Part shown: positions 1 to 12,026 of the stretch, in pieces
Position numbering within the stretch: the stretch's first letter is position 1
How the letters are laid out: the number at the start of each line of letters is the position of its first letter
Source: Octopus bimaculoides
Taxonomy: Eukaryota
Length of the DNA: 64,000 nucleotides
NCBI RefSeq assembly: GCF_001194135.2
Contig: NC_068993.1
Coordinates: 16,917,548-16,981,547, forward strand
Direction of reading: 5' to 3'
The notes under the pieces: model-generated
The model's input: only the letters and a program-made list of their open reading frames with translations
Databases searched by the model: none
Told to the model about the DNA's origin: nothing
Translations under genes and position numbers: made by a program

Positions 1-570
1 AGCAAACTGATATTCTGGACAAGATGGGATTCCAGACTGGAGACGTAAACTGTAAGTGTGGACATACCATAGCAATATACAACTTCAAATAGATAACCAG
101 AGAATGTCAGAGTCTGAATGCTGGTAAGACACCTTCAGACTTTTGATGATTTTAGAAATGTGGTTTGTTCAACACAGATTATTGTTGACATTAATACCTA
201 GGTCATGTTCACTGACAAACTTCTCAAGGTTGCTGTTGTGAAAAGGTAAATTCTAGGTTTTCCTCTTCAAATGTATAGTGATGCACTTGTCTACAGTCAG
301 CTTGAGCTGTCTGTCAGTAATACATTGCTGTATTATGCCTAGATTGCAGGAAAGATCTTTAGTGTATAGGATACATTCTTTTATCTTAAAGTACAGTTTA
401 ATGTCATCTGTGTATTTTAATACTGTAACATGCTTTAGTTGCTAAGTTGGCATCTATGTCATTAATACATACAACAAAGAGCAGATGTTTAAGGACAGAT
501 CTCAACAGGATACTAGAATGGGTGTTGATTGTTGTCCTAGTATTGTGACTACCACTTTTCAGCCAAGAAT
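1..570 (+). mobile_element. Highly decayed CR1/L2/Jockey-group LINE reverse transcriptase relic
   Basis: Frameshifted motifs in the expected order: DGIPDWRR (23-46, cf. GxIPxDWK), PRSCSLTNF (197-223, cf. GRSCLTNL), IAGKIF..IHSF (~343-380, cf. GKLLxWIxSFL), LRTDLNRILEW (489-521, cf. LQxDLxxLxxW). Confidence 0.4.
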
Positions 571-984
571 GAAAATCTTCAACCAGTTATAAACATTAGC
601 CCTTGTGCTCATTGCAAAGGGCTTCTTCACCATAAGAATGTATGTTTTGTATAATGGGACAAGAAATGAGACAAGGTAAAAATATAGAGAAAAAGTAAAA
701 ACAAATGACCATAAATACTGAAAGTTCCTTTGTCAGCTGTTGACTGGACATCAATGTGATTTTAACGTTTACTCAATATTGTTCCATCCAGTAGAATTAG
801 TATCATTAGAGCTAGGAGAGATGCAGTCTTATGATATTCGGGCATGAAAATTACAAAGCAAAACAAAACAAAAATATAGTGAGCCTTTCTCCCAAGCAAA
901 TGAAAAAAGGGCAGTACCAGACATGAATGTGGAGAGTTGGAAGTAAAGCTAAAAGGGAATTAGTGTTAATATATGTGTGTGCGT

Positions 985-1198
985 AAGGTGGTAAGCTGGC
1001 AGAATTATTAGCATGCCAGGCAAAATGCTTAGTGGCATTTCATTCATCTTGACGATCTAAGTTCCAATTCCACCAAGTTCGACTTTGCCTTTCATCCTTT
1101 CAGGGTCAATAAAATAGATACCAGTTAAACACTGAGGTCAATGTAATTGACTTACCTCCTCCCCCAAACTTGCTCATCTTCTGCAAAAATTTCAAAAT
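985..1198 (+). mobile_element. tRNA-derived SINE, family B (Nin/Deu-like central domain)
   Basis: Head ggtggtaagctggcagaat, then ctttgcctttcatcctttcagggtcaataaaata and tail cccccaaacttgct. About 20 related copies in the window. Confidence 0.8.
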
Positions 1199-1730
1199 AA
1201 AATGTGTGTGTGTGTTGATGGTGTTTCTAAGTAATAACAGTCGATGATTCATTACCTCTCTCCCTCTCCCCCCTCTTGCTTATGCATACAAAGAGAGGAT
1301 CCATTCATAACCACTCACAGACTGCATTGTGTATAGGATCTGTTCTTTTTAACCACTCTTTGTTTGATTCACATAAAGTCATATAATTGGCTCTAATTAT
1401 ACTGTGTGACCTCTTAATGAGTGGCAATCTTTTTCTAACTCCTTAGGGATAAAGATAACTTTGTAGGAATTTGAATTTTTTTTTTTTTTGCTCAGTTTTT
1501 ACAATTGAATTCCCCTCCTATCACTGACCACTTTACAGCCTGGGTTTCATACATTTTTTTCCTTTCCATCAGCACTAGAGGTGGTTGTCTGCAAGAAGGA
1601 CTAGAGAATCCTCTTTACATGGCATTTGTGTGTATGCATGTGTGGTGGGGAGGTGATTTTCTGTTATCTTACATGGATAGGTTGCCTGTGAATGCAGCTT
1701 GCAGAGTTCATGTCTCTTCCATTCATTCCA

Positions 1731-2117
1731 GGTATGGCTGTGTAGTTAAGAAGCTTACTCTGCATGGCACCTTGAGCAAAGTGTCTTCCACTATAGCCCA
1801 GCGGTAACCAATGCCTTTTGAGTGAATTTGGTAGATAGAAATTATATGGAAGCCCATCATATATATATGTGTGTGTGTATGTGCATGCATGTATGTCTTT
1901 GTATCTGTGCTTGTGCCACCCACCCCACTCATCTACTGCTTGGAAACCAGTGTTGGTTTGTTTATATCCCCCTAACTTTCCAGTTTGGCAAAAGAGACAG
2001 AATAAGTACCAAACTTAAAAAATAAGTACTGGGGGCAATCTGTTCAACTGTAACCCTTCAGGACAGTGCCTCGGCAAAGGTGCAGTCCTATTTTTGGAAC
2101 CAGTGAAAAGTAAAAGA
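1731..2117 (+). mobile_element. tRNA-derived CORE-type SINE, family A
   Basis: A-box-like tggctgtgtagtt, CORE-like caccttgagcaaagtgtctt, internal (AT)n(GT)n, tail gaataagtac...gtaaaaga. Confidence 0.8.
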
Positions 2118-3392
2118 TATCTTTTATAGCCATGGGAGAACCTAATCATAGGAAGAAGTTGGCATCTGTCAGATTTATGATATATTTACACATGAACACA
2201 CACACACACACACGCACACTTGGATATGACATAAACATGTGCAGTCATTCACTGACACCAATGCATATATAAAACATTGGTCGCTCTTCATGAAATCAAA
2301 AACTGAAAATAATATATTCCATAAAATGTAACTCTATCAATTGTCATCAACATCATCGTTATCATTATCCTCATTATGATTATCACCGTCACTACCTCCA
2401 CTCTTTTCTTGATATTCTTTAATTCCTGGAGTTCATTCAAACATGAAATCATTCCCTATACCACTACCACTTTCTCATCAACTCCCAGCAAACTGTAGAC
2501 ATTCCTATCACTGGTGGAAGGAAAGATGGAGACAGGGGCATAAAATATTTTTAAAAAAGTGTTTCCTTGAAATGAATGTTTGTGCTGTCAGTCTTATTTA
2601 CATAAATTTGACTGATTGAACATCCTGTTTAATCTGATAAACATTCCTGCATTGCTTTCGAGTTCATCTTTGATCACTTGAGGATCTCGGCTCAATTGCC
2701 TAGCTCTATTACCCACTATCATCACTATACACCAGATTTTGATGTATTGCCTGCCATTAACCATTATTACTACTATATGTAGATTTGATGTATTGCTTCG
2801 CATAACATCATCTCCACCCCAACAACCACCTCACATGATGAATATAGCTGTATTGTCAGACAGGACTTAACTACCATTTTTGAAGAATCCCCAACCAATC
2901 CTGCCTGCATTTACCTATCAATTTACTATAGAGAAAATTTCAAGCTAATGAGGGAACATTGACAGAGTTATTTCTCTAGCTAAAAGTAGCAACCAAATCT
3001 CCCTCAAATTACACCTTTGTTATGTTGAATCAGAAAGAATGGATCTTTCTGATCTGTCGGGCATCACTTTTTATTTATGTTTTATCTAGTGTGTTTTCTA
3101 CCGAAACACTTTCAAACTTCGTATACTTGTATATTTTGTGTTATAGAACAGATAAAAATTTTTGTATTCAAAGTTATTTCATGTAAAAAATTGTCGTATT
3201 TCAGTAATTTCAACCAATCAACGACGTCTATTGCGGTGAAAACAATTACTGCTGTGAATTGTGAACACCACATGTTGTGCGGTGTAATGGGATCTTTTCC
3301 CTCAAATAAAATTAGTGCTGTTGTTTGTCAACAACAACTATCGGCTGTACTGTTATTTATGACATCGTTCGTGCGTTTGTACTGGTTTTAGC

Positions 3393-3441
3393 TTTAGGGT
3401 TTCAGGGGTAGGGTTCAGGTTTTAGAGTTAGGGTTAGGGTT
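3393..3441 (+). repeat. Degenerate (TTAGGG)n array, left arm
   Basis: tttagggtttcaggggtagggttcaggttttagagttagggttagggtt. Confidence 0.85.
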
Positions 3442-3467
3442 ATGAATATTTTTGCAAAAATACTCAT

Positions 3468-3590
3468 AACCCTAACCCTAAAACCCTAACCCTGACTCTA
3501 AAACCCGAACCCTAACCCTAACCCTAACTCTAAAACCCGAACCCTAACCCTAACCTTAACTCTAAAACCCGAACCCTAACCCTAAAACCT
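3468..3590 (-). repeat. Degenerate (CCCTAA)n array with a 32-bp higher-order unit, right arm
   Basis: Unit aaccctaaccctaaccctaactctaaaacccg, repeated about 3 times. Confidence 0.9.
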
Positions 3591-4179
3591 TAAAGCTAAA
3601 ACCAGTACAAACACATGAACAATGTCATAAATAACGGTACTGCTGATAGTTGTTGTTGACAAACAACGGCACTAATCTTATTCAAGGGAAAAGATCCCAT
3701 TACACCGCACAACGTTTTTTTGACAATCCATAGCAGTAATTGTTTTCACCTCAATAGACGTCAGTGATTGGTTGAAATTACTGGAATACAACAATTTTAA
3801 CACGAAATAACTTTCAAAAGATAAAATTTTCTCAATAACACTAAGAGTAAAAGATGTTTTATATGACACATTCTACCAGTGTCCAAGTTTGAAAATGTTT
3901 CGTTAAGAAAACAAATGGCACCTGCCAAATCAGAAAGATCCGAAAGGACATATTTAGACAACATAGTTGTCTGAATGATCCTAGCTGGAACACCTTTGGT
4001 CTTAGGTCTCCTCAATCAAAACTGGCTGAGGGCTAAACAGCAACAATAGCAAATTAGCAGACCTGTCTGTCTTTGCCTTTTTACCTCTCGTCATCAATCA
4101 TTACCTATTTATCTATCTATTGACTGTCTGATCAACTAACACCAGGACTCCCTTCTTTTTCATTATTTCCTCATGTCTT

Positions 4180-4470
4180 CACTTTTGTTGATACCCTTTT
4201 TTCCTCCATCTCTTCCTCTTACTCTATATCTCTTCTCAAATCCCTTTCACTCTCTTTGTATACTGTTCCTCTCTCTCTCCATCTTTCTTTCTGTTTCTTG
4301 CCATCTCTCTTTCCTTCTTACTCTATCACTCACTCACTCTCTTTCATTTTGCTCTCTTAATCTTTTTCTCCTTACTCTTCTCTTTCTCTCTCTCTCTTAC
4401 ATCATTTCTATACCATGCCTCTCTCTCTTCTTTCCCTTTCTCTCTCTCACTCTCCCCTCCACTTACATCT
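4180..4470. repeat. CT-rich low-complexity tract
   Basis: Polypyrimidine run of (CT)n/(CTTT)n variants. Confidence 0.8.
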
Positions 4471-4986
4471 ACCACCTTTATATCCTGCCTATAAACAGGT
4501 GTGGTGATAGCAAGCAATTAAATAAGTGCTTCTAAGTCTAAACAACAACTACACCACCCCCTACTTTGGTGTTGTCTCTATCAAAAGAAGTCAACGAGCC
4601 TGACATAGAGTTAAGTTACTCCATTGAACCCTTCACAAAACTGCCAATTACCTCTTCTCATGAGCCCCTCTTAACACCACCCCCACATACATACCTTCCA
4701 CCACCACCCTCAACCAACATCATCCACTGCCGCCACCACCACTGAATACATTCAAAACAAACTACTTTTTACATGTTGGATCTACCTATCACCTATAACA
4801 GCACTACAAGCAACACTCAACCCATTTCACCAGTGTATGCTAAAACTGGGGTAGGAAAAAAAAAAACAATTGCACTTCCCTTTAGGAAATAATTTCTAAA
4901 ATCAAAAAACAAAAAAAGGAACAACTCACTTTTCCTACCTGTTCCAGTATTCCTTCTTTCTGTGCCTCTCTCTCCCTTTTTCTCTG

Positions 4987-5003
4987 TCTATCAATCTATC
5001 TAT

Positions 5004-5054
<51 letters not shown>

Positions 5055-5072
5055 CCCACCACCACCACCACC
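4987..5072. repeat. (TATC)n followed by (ACC)n microsatellite
   Basis: Direct reading. Confidence 0.95.
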
Positions 5073-5967
5073 ATCCTACTTCTCTCTCAAGGAGGGAGGT
5101 GGAAGAGAGAGGAGATGAATGCATGTGTTTATCTTCAATATTTCACTTCTCATATTTATAGGATGTGATCCTTCTGATAATATCTCATAGAGGTGGAGTG
5201 GGTTTTTCTTTCATAAATGGCTCTAAGTAGTTATTTTTTTTTTGTATGTATTATGCGTGTTGCTGTCTTTTACTTTTGTTTTTCTTTAATGGCTTGCTAT
5301 AGCAGATGAGGGTTTGTGACCGTGGCCTACACAAGTCCACGTCTTCTGGGACTCACTAAAATCAATGTGGTCGATGTTTCTTTTTATGAGTAGATGGTTG
5401 TGTGTATGCTTCTATGTGCCTGTGTATACCATTACAACATGCATGCATGTATATGAGTGTGTAAGTTTGCATCTTTTTGTGTGTGCTTGTGTATGTTCAT
5501 CTGTATGTCCATGTTTGTGCGCATGTGTAGAACCTTAGTATGCCTGTCTGCATGTATATGTACATATGTGTGTAAACATCACGTTTATGTGATTTTATGT
5601 ATCTACATGTTTGTGCAAGTGTGTGTGTGTACTTGTCCTACATTACTTTATTTTCTATTTTACCTTCTTAACCTCCGTATGATGTAGTTGATCGATTGCA
5701 TAAGTTTCCTTATTTTATTACTGGTATTTATTACTTGTGCTTATTTTTTCCAACCTAAGAGGATAAAAAGTGGGGACGATGCCAGCAAAGTTTAACAAGC
5801 AAACTAAAAAGGACTAAACTAGTTATTGGACCGCATTTTAGTCTAATGATAAATGCATAGGAACAAACAAGTGCATAAACTTGTTGTTTCACCTTAAGTT
5901 GGCTCTGATCAAGCAGCATATTATCAAAAACCAATCAACCATGACCACCTTTTATCATTACCATTTG

Positions 5968-6396
5968 TCTTTTACTTGTTTCAGTCATTGAACTGTGACC
6001 ATGCTGGGGCACTGCCTTGAAGGGTTTAGTTGAACATATCGACCCCGGTACTTATTTTTTAAGTCTGGTGACTTATTCTCTTGGTCTCTTTTCCTTAACT
6101 GCTAAGCTAGAGGGACGAAAACAAACCAACACCAGTTGTTGGATGGTGGGAGGGGACAAACTCAAATATAAAGACAGACAGACAGACACACACATACATA
6201 CATACATACATACATACATACATACATACATACATGCATACATGTATATATACATCTGTAAGATGAGCTTCCACGCCATTTCCATCTACCAAATTTCCTC
6301 CTGCGGTATTGGTTGGTCAGGTGCAATAATAGAAGACACTTGCCCAATGTGCCACACTGTGGGACTGTTCTTTAACCACACAGCAATGCCTGTGCC
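5968..6396 (-). mobile_element. Family A SINE, near full length, with internal (TACA)n
   Basis: Reverse-complement tail tcttttacttgtttcagtcattg through head accacacagcaatgcc. Confidence 0.8.
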
Positions 6397-6608
6397 TTGG
6401 TATTTTTTCCAAACATAGTTTACCTTGGAAAATGCTAACCAATGTAGCCTTCTATTTATAAGGTAGTATGTTGTAATTTCAAGGAAATTCCACTGCTATA
6501 TATCTTCACCAGTAGCAAATAAATCTTCCAAATCTTCCACTGTTTTTGTACACAACACTTAGAGGTAGAGGGACATGGTCAATTGAATTGACTGATAAAA
6601 TGACTAAT

Positions 6609-6826
6609 TTAACTTTTTAGCATTTAAACCAGCTATGTCTCGCCAGAATATTCTACCTGTTTTATACTTAAACTGACCAAATGTGGCCGCTCACACTTAT
6701 CCTACAATGGTATTCTAAAAGCCAACAGTCATCTCATCAAAATCTCATAAGTACATGATTAATTCAAAACAATGTGAATAAATAAGCTTTACTTTTGACA
6801 GAGTATTCTGAATGCTAAAGGGTTGA
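6609..6826. mobile_element. TTAA-flanked MITE (piggyBac-like), family T1
   Basis: Ends ttaactttttagcatt...aatgctaaagggttga. Reverse-complement homologue of 41983-42210. Confidence 0.7.
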
Positions 6827-7324
6827 TTTATTAACTTTGAGAGGATAAAAAGCTAAGTGACCCTGACGAAACTTGAACCCAGACTCTTTGTACAGAAAAA
6901 CCGCAAAAAACTGTAATCTATCACTATATCTTCTCTGCCAACTTAGTATCCTGACAACAACATTAACATCAACATTCTTACAAACAGCGCTTGTTAACAC
7001 TGAAAATAATTTTTGTATAAATATATTGTTGTTGTTGTTTTTTTTATTTATATCACATTTTGGTGATCATTAATGTTGTTGATTACAGGTTTCCAATGGA
7101 GCAATTGCTAGTTCACAGTCTTTCTAATGGTGAAAGTGACAAGCAATTGTCTGTGCAACCCAGACAGAACAAATAACACACTAGCTATTTTTATTCCAAA
7201 AACTGCTTGTTGTCTCTTTTCTCACTATTGTTTTACATCTTTTGTCAATACACATCATCAACACACACACACACACGCGCACACACACACTCACAAACAC
7301 ACACATACACACAGAGATACATAT

Positions 7325-7483
7325 ACGACAGATTTCTGCGCAGCTTCTGTCTACAAAATTTCATTCACAATGCATTCATCAAACCTGAGGCTATAGTAAA
7401 AGACACTTGACCAAGATACTGCAAAGTGGGATCAAGCCCATAGCCATGGGAATCAAATTCTTTAACCATACAGCCATACCTGT
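7325..7483 (-). mobile_element. Family A SINE head
   Basis: gctatagtaaaagacacttgaccaag...ttctttaaccatacagccatacc. Confidence 0.7.
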
Positions 7484-7659
7484 ATGCACAAATACATGTC
7501 TACAAAACTGCTGTATTTCTGGTTTAATTAATTTTAGAATTTGTGCTGCATGGCTCCGTTCGGATATATGCAAAAACGAAAATATTTCCTGTAAATTGCC
7601 AGCTATTTATATAGCGTCTAATGAGCCAATGAGGGAAGCTCTGCATGGTCATACAATCT

Positions 7660-7828
7660 ACCAGAAATAGCAGCCAAATACCCCATAAATCACATCATCT
7701 CATTGTCTTGGAAACAAACAGGATACATTAAATGATGTAGACGTAAATAATCCTGAAAAAAAACAGGATGGTTAATGGCTGAAATACCTTTATCATAGGG
7801 TTGGTCAAGTAGCCTAGGGCTAAACAAC
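7660..7828 (+). mobile_element. Family E repeat
   Basis: ccagaaatagcagccaaata...agggctaaacaac. Confidence 0.7.
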
Positions 7829-8483
7829 GTCATTGTGTTTTAACTTTGTATCTGAGACCGTGTGTGTGTGTGTGTGTGTGTGCGTATATCTTTATTAATG
7901 ACTAATGTTATTGTATAATAAAATGACAATGCAGTTTCCTAAATTATATTTGTTTCTTTTTAACTGATTAAACAAGTATATGTATTATTAAATGTGTCTT
8001 TTGTGTATTTACTCTGTGGATGGGACGAGGGTAGGTGGGAGTGGGGGTGGAATCTATGTAAAAATTGGTTCCTTACCAAACTACCATATACTGTTTGTAT
8101 TGTTTGTATGTCTGTACAAATATTTTATAATGACAATCCAACCTTATTTACCTTTCATTTGTGTTTGCATTTCTATATACGTGTCGGTAAAATATTTTCA
8201 TTATTAATTGATTTTTCTGATTTTAAACAGCAGTGTGTGTGTGTGTGTGTGTGTGTGTAAATGTTTCGAGATGTACAAACAGGAGAAAGAGTACTCAATA
8301 GATTTAGGAGTTAATTTGTATGAAGTTAGTGATTCATTCTGTTGCTATGTGCTGTCTGTCCTTCAGGTGAAAATAAAAGCAAAAAAAGATGTACATGACA
8401 GGATCAGACATAGCAAGAATCCTTCAGTAGTAATAGAGAAAAACATGAGCTAAGAATGTGTGTGTGTGTGTGTGTGTGTGTAT

Positions 8484-8650
8484 TGGTGGTATGTAAAAAG
8501 CACCAGTCCATGCTGTAAAATAGTTGTCAATAGGAAGGGCGTCCAGCTGTAGAAAACATGGGGCATGATGCAGTGCTTGGTCCCATTAGATCTTGTCACA
8601 CCATCCAACCCATGCTGACATGGAATGTGGACATTAAATGATGATGATGA
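8484..8650 (+). mobile_element. RTE-type 3' end (family C) with (GAT)n tail
   Basis: taggaagggcgtccagctgtagaaa...catggaatgtggacattaaatgatgatgatga. Confidence 0.75.
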
Positions 8651-8735
8651 TATATATATATATATATATATAAATTTAACAGAATGAGATAAAAATCCAA
8701 GGCTGTGAAAGATTTCAGAACATTTATAAATAGAA

Positions 8736-8785
8736 GGTCTTACAGTTGTTTCCGGGATATTTTATATATCTCTTCATCGGAGATG
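8736..8785 (-). ncRNA. Candidate minimal type-I hammerhead ribozyme, antisense copy
   Basis: Minus strand reads CATCT-CCGATGA-A-GAGATAT/ATAAA/ATATCCC-G-GAAA-CAACTGT-A-AGACC. Confidence 0.45.
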
Positions 8786-8918
8786 GTGTGAAAAAATGGT
8801 TAAGCAATAGTTATACTAGATAGGATATGAAATAGAGAGTGAAGTGGAGGAATGAAAATAGACGTGAGATATTTCATATCCTATCCAGAATAGCTATTGC
8901 TTAACCATTTTCTTACAC

Positions 8919-8968
8919 TGTCTCCAATGAAGGGATATATAAAATATCCTGGAAACAGCTGTAAGACA
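8919..8968 (+). ncRNA. Candidate minimal type-I hammerhead ribozyme (atypical core)
   Basis: TGTCT-CCAATGA-A-GGGATAT/ATAAA/ATATCCT-G-GAAA-CAGCTGT-A-AGACA: 5-bp stem I, 7-bp stem II, palindromic stem III ACAGCTGT, GUA cleavage triplet. Confidence 0.5.
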
Positions 8969-9185
8969 TTCTATTTATAAATGTTCTGAAATCTTTCACA
9001 GCCTTGGATTTTTATCTCATTCTGTTAAATTTTTTTATACATATACACACTGATGTATGACCTATGTTGGACTCCTCATTCACATAATCACCAAACCTGG
9101 AGCTTACTCTCAGCATTACCTGATACCTTTGGGTCTTATTGACACTAATACCTCTCATAACCTCTACATATATATATATATATAT

Positions 9186-9469
9186 GGTCTAGTGGTTAGG
9201 GTGTTGGACTCACGATCATGAGACCATGGTTTCAATTCCTAGACCGGATGGTGTGTTGTGTTCTTGAGCAAAATACTTCATCTCATGTTGTACTGTGATC
9301 ACTTTGACACCTGACTTGTGATACACTGTGCACCTGATCATGCAACATCAATTTGATGCGGGAGAGTGAGCTAATGTACAGCACATACATTTGGTCACTA
9401 TAAACAAATCATTTGTGCAGGTCATTCAGCAGAAGCTGAACACTCATACATCATCTTTGATGAGAGAGT

Positions 9470-9473
<4 letters not shown>
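9186..9473 (+). mobile_element. tRNA/CORE SINE, family D, embedded in (AT)n
   Basis: Head ggtctagtggttagggtgttggactc, CORE gtgttcttgagcaaaatacttc, 3' end gagagtccat. (AT)n on both sides. Confidence 0.8.

Positions 9474-9533
<60 letters not shown>
9474..9533. repeat. (AT)n microsatellite
   Basis: Direct reading. Confidence 0.95.
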
Positions 9534-9536
<3 letters not shown>

Positions 9537-9840
9537 AGTGAAGGTGCATGGCTTGGTGGTTAGGGTGTTGCATTCATGATTGTGAGATCATGGTTTCAAT
9601 TTCTAGACCAGGTGTTGCATTTTGTTCTTGAGCAAGACACTTCATTTCGAGTTGCTCTGCAATCATTTCATCATTTCACACATGGTATGTTGTGCACCTG
9701 TACAGGTAATGTTGATTTGATGGTGGGAGTGAGCTTATGTGAACACAAACATTTGATCAATATAAACAAATCATTTGTGTGGTTGTTCAGCAAGAAATTG
9801 CAGAACCCTCATGCATCATCTAACAAAGCAAGAGTCCATG
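9534..9840 (+). mobile_element. Family D SINE, second tandem copy
   Basis: gaaggtgcatggcttggtggttagggtgttgc...agagtccatg. Confidence 0.8.
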
Positions 9841-10236
9841 ATATGAGTGGAATAGGTCAAATATAGGTTACAAATGTTTCTCAACTAGCTGAAATTTATT
9901 TCATAGACCTTATGCAATGAACTCGCCTCAATGTATCTGGTCATCTGGCCAAAATTACCACCATGAAGTTTACATTGCCACAAGGTATAAACAAACAATG
10001 AGTCACTTATATTCGCTTCATAGCAGCATTAGTTGTTAAATGATGTGTTGTATGGAAACAATCAACTTATCGAAATTCCTCAATATGGGAAAAAATGTAT
10101 AACTTACGATCTTAATAGATTTTTATTTTATCATATACTGTCCACTTTTTGTTTTCTATACTAGATGGCTATTGCTCAAAGCCAACTAACTCCTACACTT
10201 GGATCCTAGATTGCACTTGTACATATATATATACAT

Positions 10237-10282
<46 letters not shown>

Positions 10283-10397
10283 AAAGAGTGAGAAAGAGAG
10301 GGAGACAGAGAGATTTGTTCAATGCTAATGATTTATACCAATTTCCGATACTAAGCTCAGATACAATTAAGCTAATGTGAGAGCTTCTATGTGTCAC

Positions 10398-10570
10398 TAG
10401 AAATGTTTGAAATAGCAGCCAAATCTTCCTGAAATCAACACTCTCCTTACTATTTTAATGAAAAAAAGGAAGGACACATTGGACACTGTATTTGAATTCA
10501 AGGCAGAATGGTCATGATTGGAACATCCTTTGATGGTAGGTCTGCAAGCTGGCCTGTGCTTGAACAACAA
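10398..10570 (+). mobile_element. Family E repeat
   Basis: gaaatagcagccaaatc...ggacacattgg...tgaacaacaa. Confidence 0.7.
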
Positions 10571-11198
10571 CCACAGATTTAATATTCTCTTCTTTAGAAA
10601 ATCTCTCAAAAGGCATTAATGATGGAAGCTAATCTTCTCTCTAGGAAAGTTTATTTTGAGCTTATAGAATTAATTATTTAAGGTGCTAGTCAACCGATTC
10701 AAAGATCATAGGATCCTGCTGTTGTTAATTAGCTCCAGGTCAACCCTGATCGAGCAGAAATATAAGTAGCACCTCCTACTTCACAGTTGATTGGGTGATA
10801 TATGTAAGGAAGTGAAATCCAACTGTAATTCATGCACAGATATGTGTATTTACAGAATCGTTCCAATCATGCTGAAAAATGGTTTATAAAAGAGGAAAAA
10901 AAAAATGAATATTTTGATATTAAAAATACCTGGCCAACTCATGCAAACATGGAGAAAGTAAACATAAAATAATGATGATGGTGGTGATGATGATGATGAT
11001 GATGATGGTGTTGATCCTTTCTTAAATATGGAATTCCTGTAACAATGATCCTAAGATTTTTGTAAGGCTCACTTTCTAAAGTTTATCACCACCACCACTA
11101 GTAGTAAAATAAAAAGACACACATGTATGTATGCGTATACACACACACAAACACACACAGGTGAATGTGCAAGTATACTTACATTCACATACAACACA

Positions 11199-11231
<33 letters not shown>

Positions 11232-12026
11232 TCACATAAATATATATACACACAAATGCACATACATGCACTTGCACATCAGATAAAAGGGATCCAAAAT
11301 TAGTTATTGGTCAAACTGACCAGGAAGCATAGGATATTCCTCTTCTTTCTTCTCTCTCTCTCTCTCTCTCCCCTCTCCTCTTTTCTTTCTTTCTCTCTCT
11401 CTCTCTCCTTAACAATGATTATGTCTTTCTTTGTAAAACTCACTATAATACCAGAATTACTCCATTCTTTTCATCTTTATTAATGCTCTTATTGACAATT
11501 CAATTTTCCATCAAACATAATGAAGATTGCTTTCATTTTTGTTCCTTCTATTTTCTTCCTTTCACATAAATCCCCTAATACACTCTTCACTCATAACCCC
11601 TTTGCCACCCCACTACCACATTGTGTTGCATCTCTGGGTGGATGCTTATATAAAAAAAAAAATAATAAAATAAAAATAAATGACTTACTCAGCAAAGTAC
11701 ATACAACAGATACCCTTACCAACCCATTGACTCATTCATCTATAATTATAGACTATAAAAACCATTTTTGGTCGTTTTTGCTAATGTTATTTCTATGATA
11801 ATACTTTTTTCTCTGCCTAGAACTGATGAGGGGGAAAAAACAAAAATACATCATTGACCCTACACTATCGTTAATTGCTGCTACAAGCTAATATCAATAC
11901 TTCGCTTGTTGACTCTGAATCTTAATAGTATTGACTCCTTGCATTGGCACTTGACCAAATTTTTGTAGAGTAAAGAGATGGATCCAAATCAATTAAATCA
12001 GCCCTAATATATTACAGGTACTTTAA

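Larger units (their letters stand above)
3041..3941. mobile_element. Spacerless palindromic (foldback/MITE-like) element with internal telomere-like arrays
   Basis: Ends GGATCTTTCTGAT...ATCAGAAAGATCC. The arms are reverse complements along their length. Symmetry centre TTTTTG|CAAAAA at 3454/3455. Confidence 0.85.
2975..4047 (+). mobile_element. Family E interspersed repeat split by the palindromic element (pieces ~2975-3038 and ~3942-4047)
   Basis: ctagctaaaagtagcaaccaaatctccctcaaatt on the left resumes on the right as gaaaggacatattt...gagggctaaacagcaacaa, colinear with intact E copies. Confidence 0.65.
8672..9032. mobile_element. Long inverted repeat (163-bp arms, 35-bp spacer), probable inverted Penelope-like pLTR pair
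   Basis: Arms 8672-8834 and 8870-9032 differ at 12 of 163 positions by manual alignment. Preceded by (AT)n. Each arm carries a hammerhead-like motif. Confidence 0.85.

Noticed and set aside
1-57. Coding exon ending at a GTAAGT donor (52-57)
   Set aside because: No in-phase partner exon, and the region is better explained as a decayed LINE RT.
2594-2803. 69-aa ORF in unique sequence (also 6815-7000, 55635-55892, 8367-8453, 7090-7175, 57790-57890)
   Set aside because: No recognisable domains and no consistent phase-compatible splice sites, so they cannot be supported without RNA data.
3393-3590. True telomere or chromosome-fusion scar
   Set aside because: The repeats are short and degenerate, sit symmetrically inside a palindromic element, and that element interrupts another repeat.
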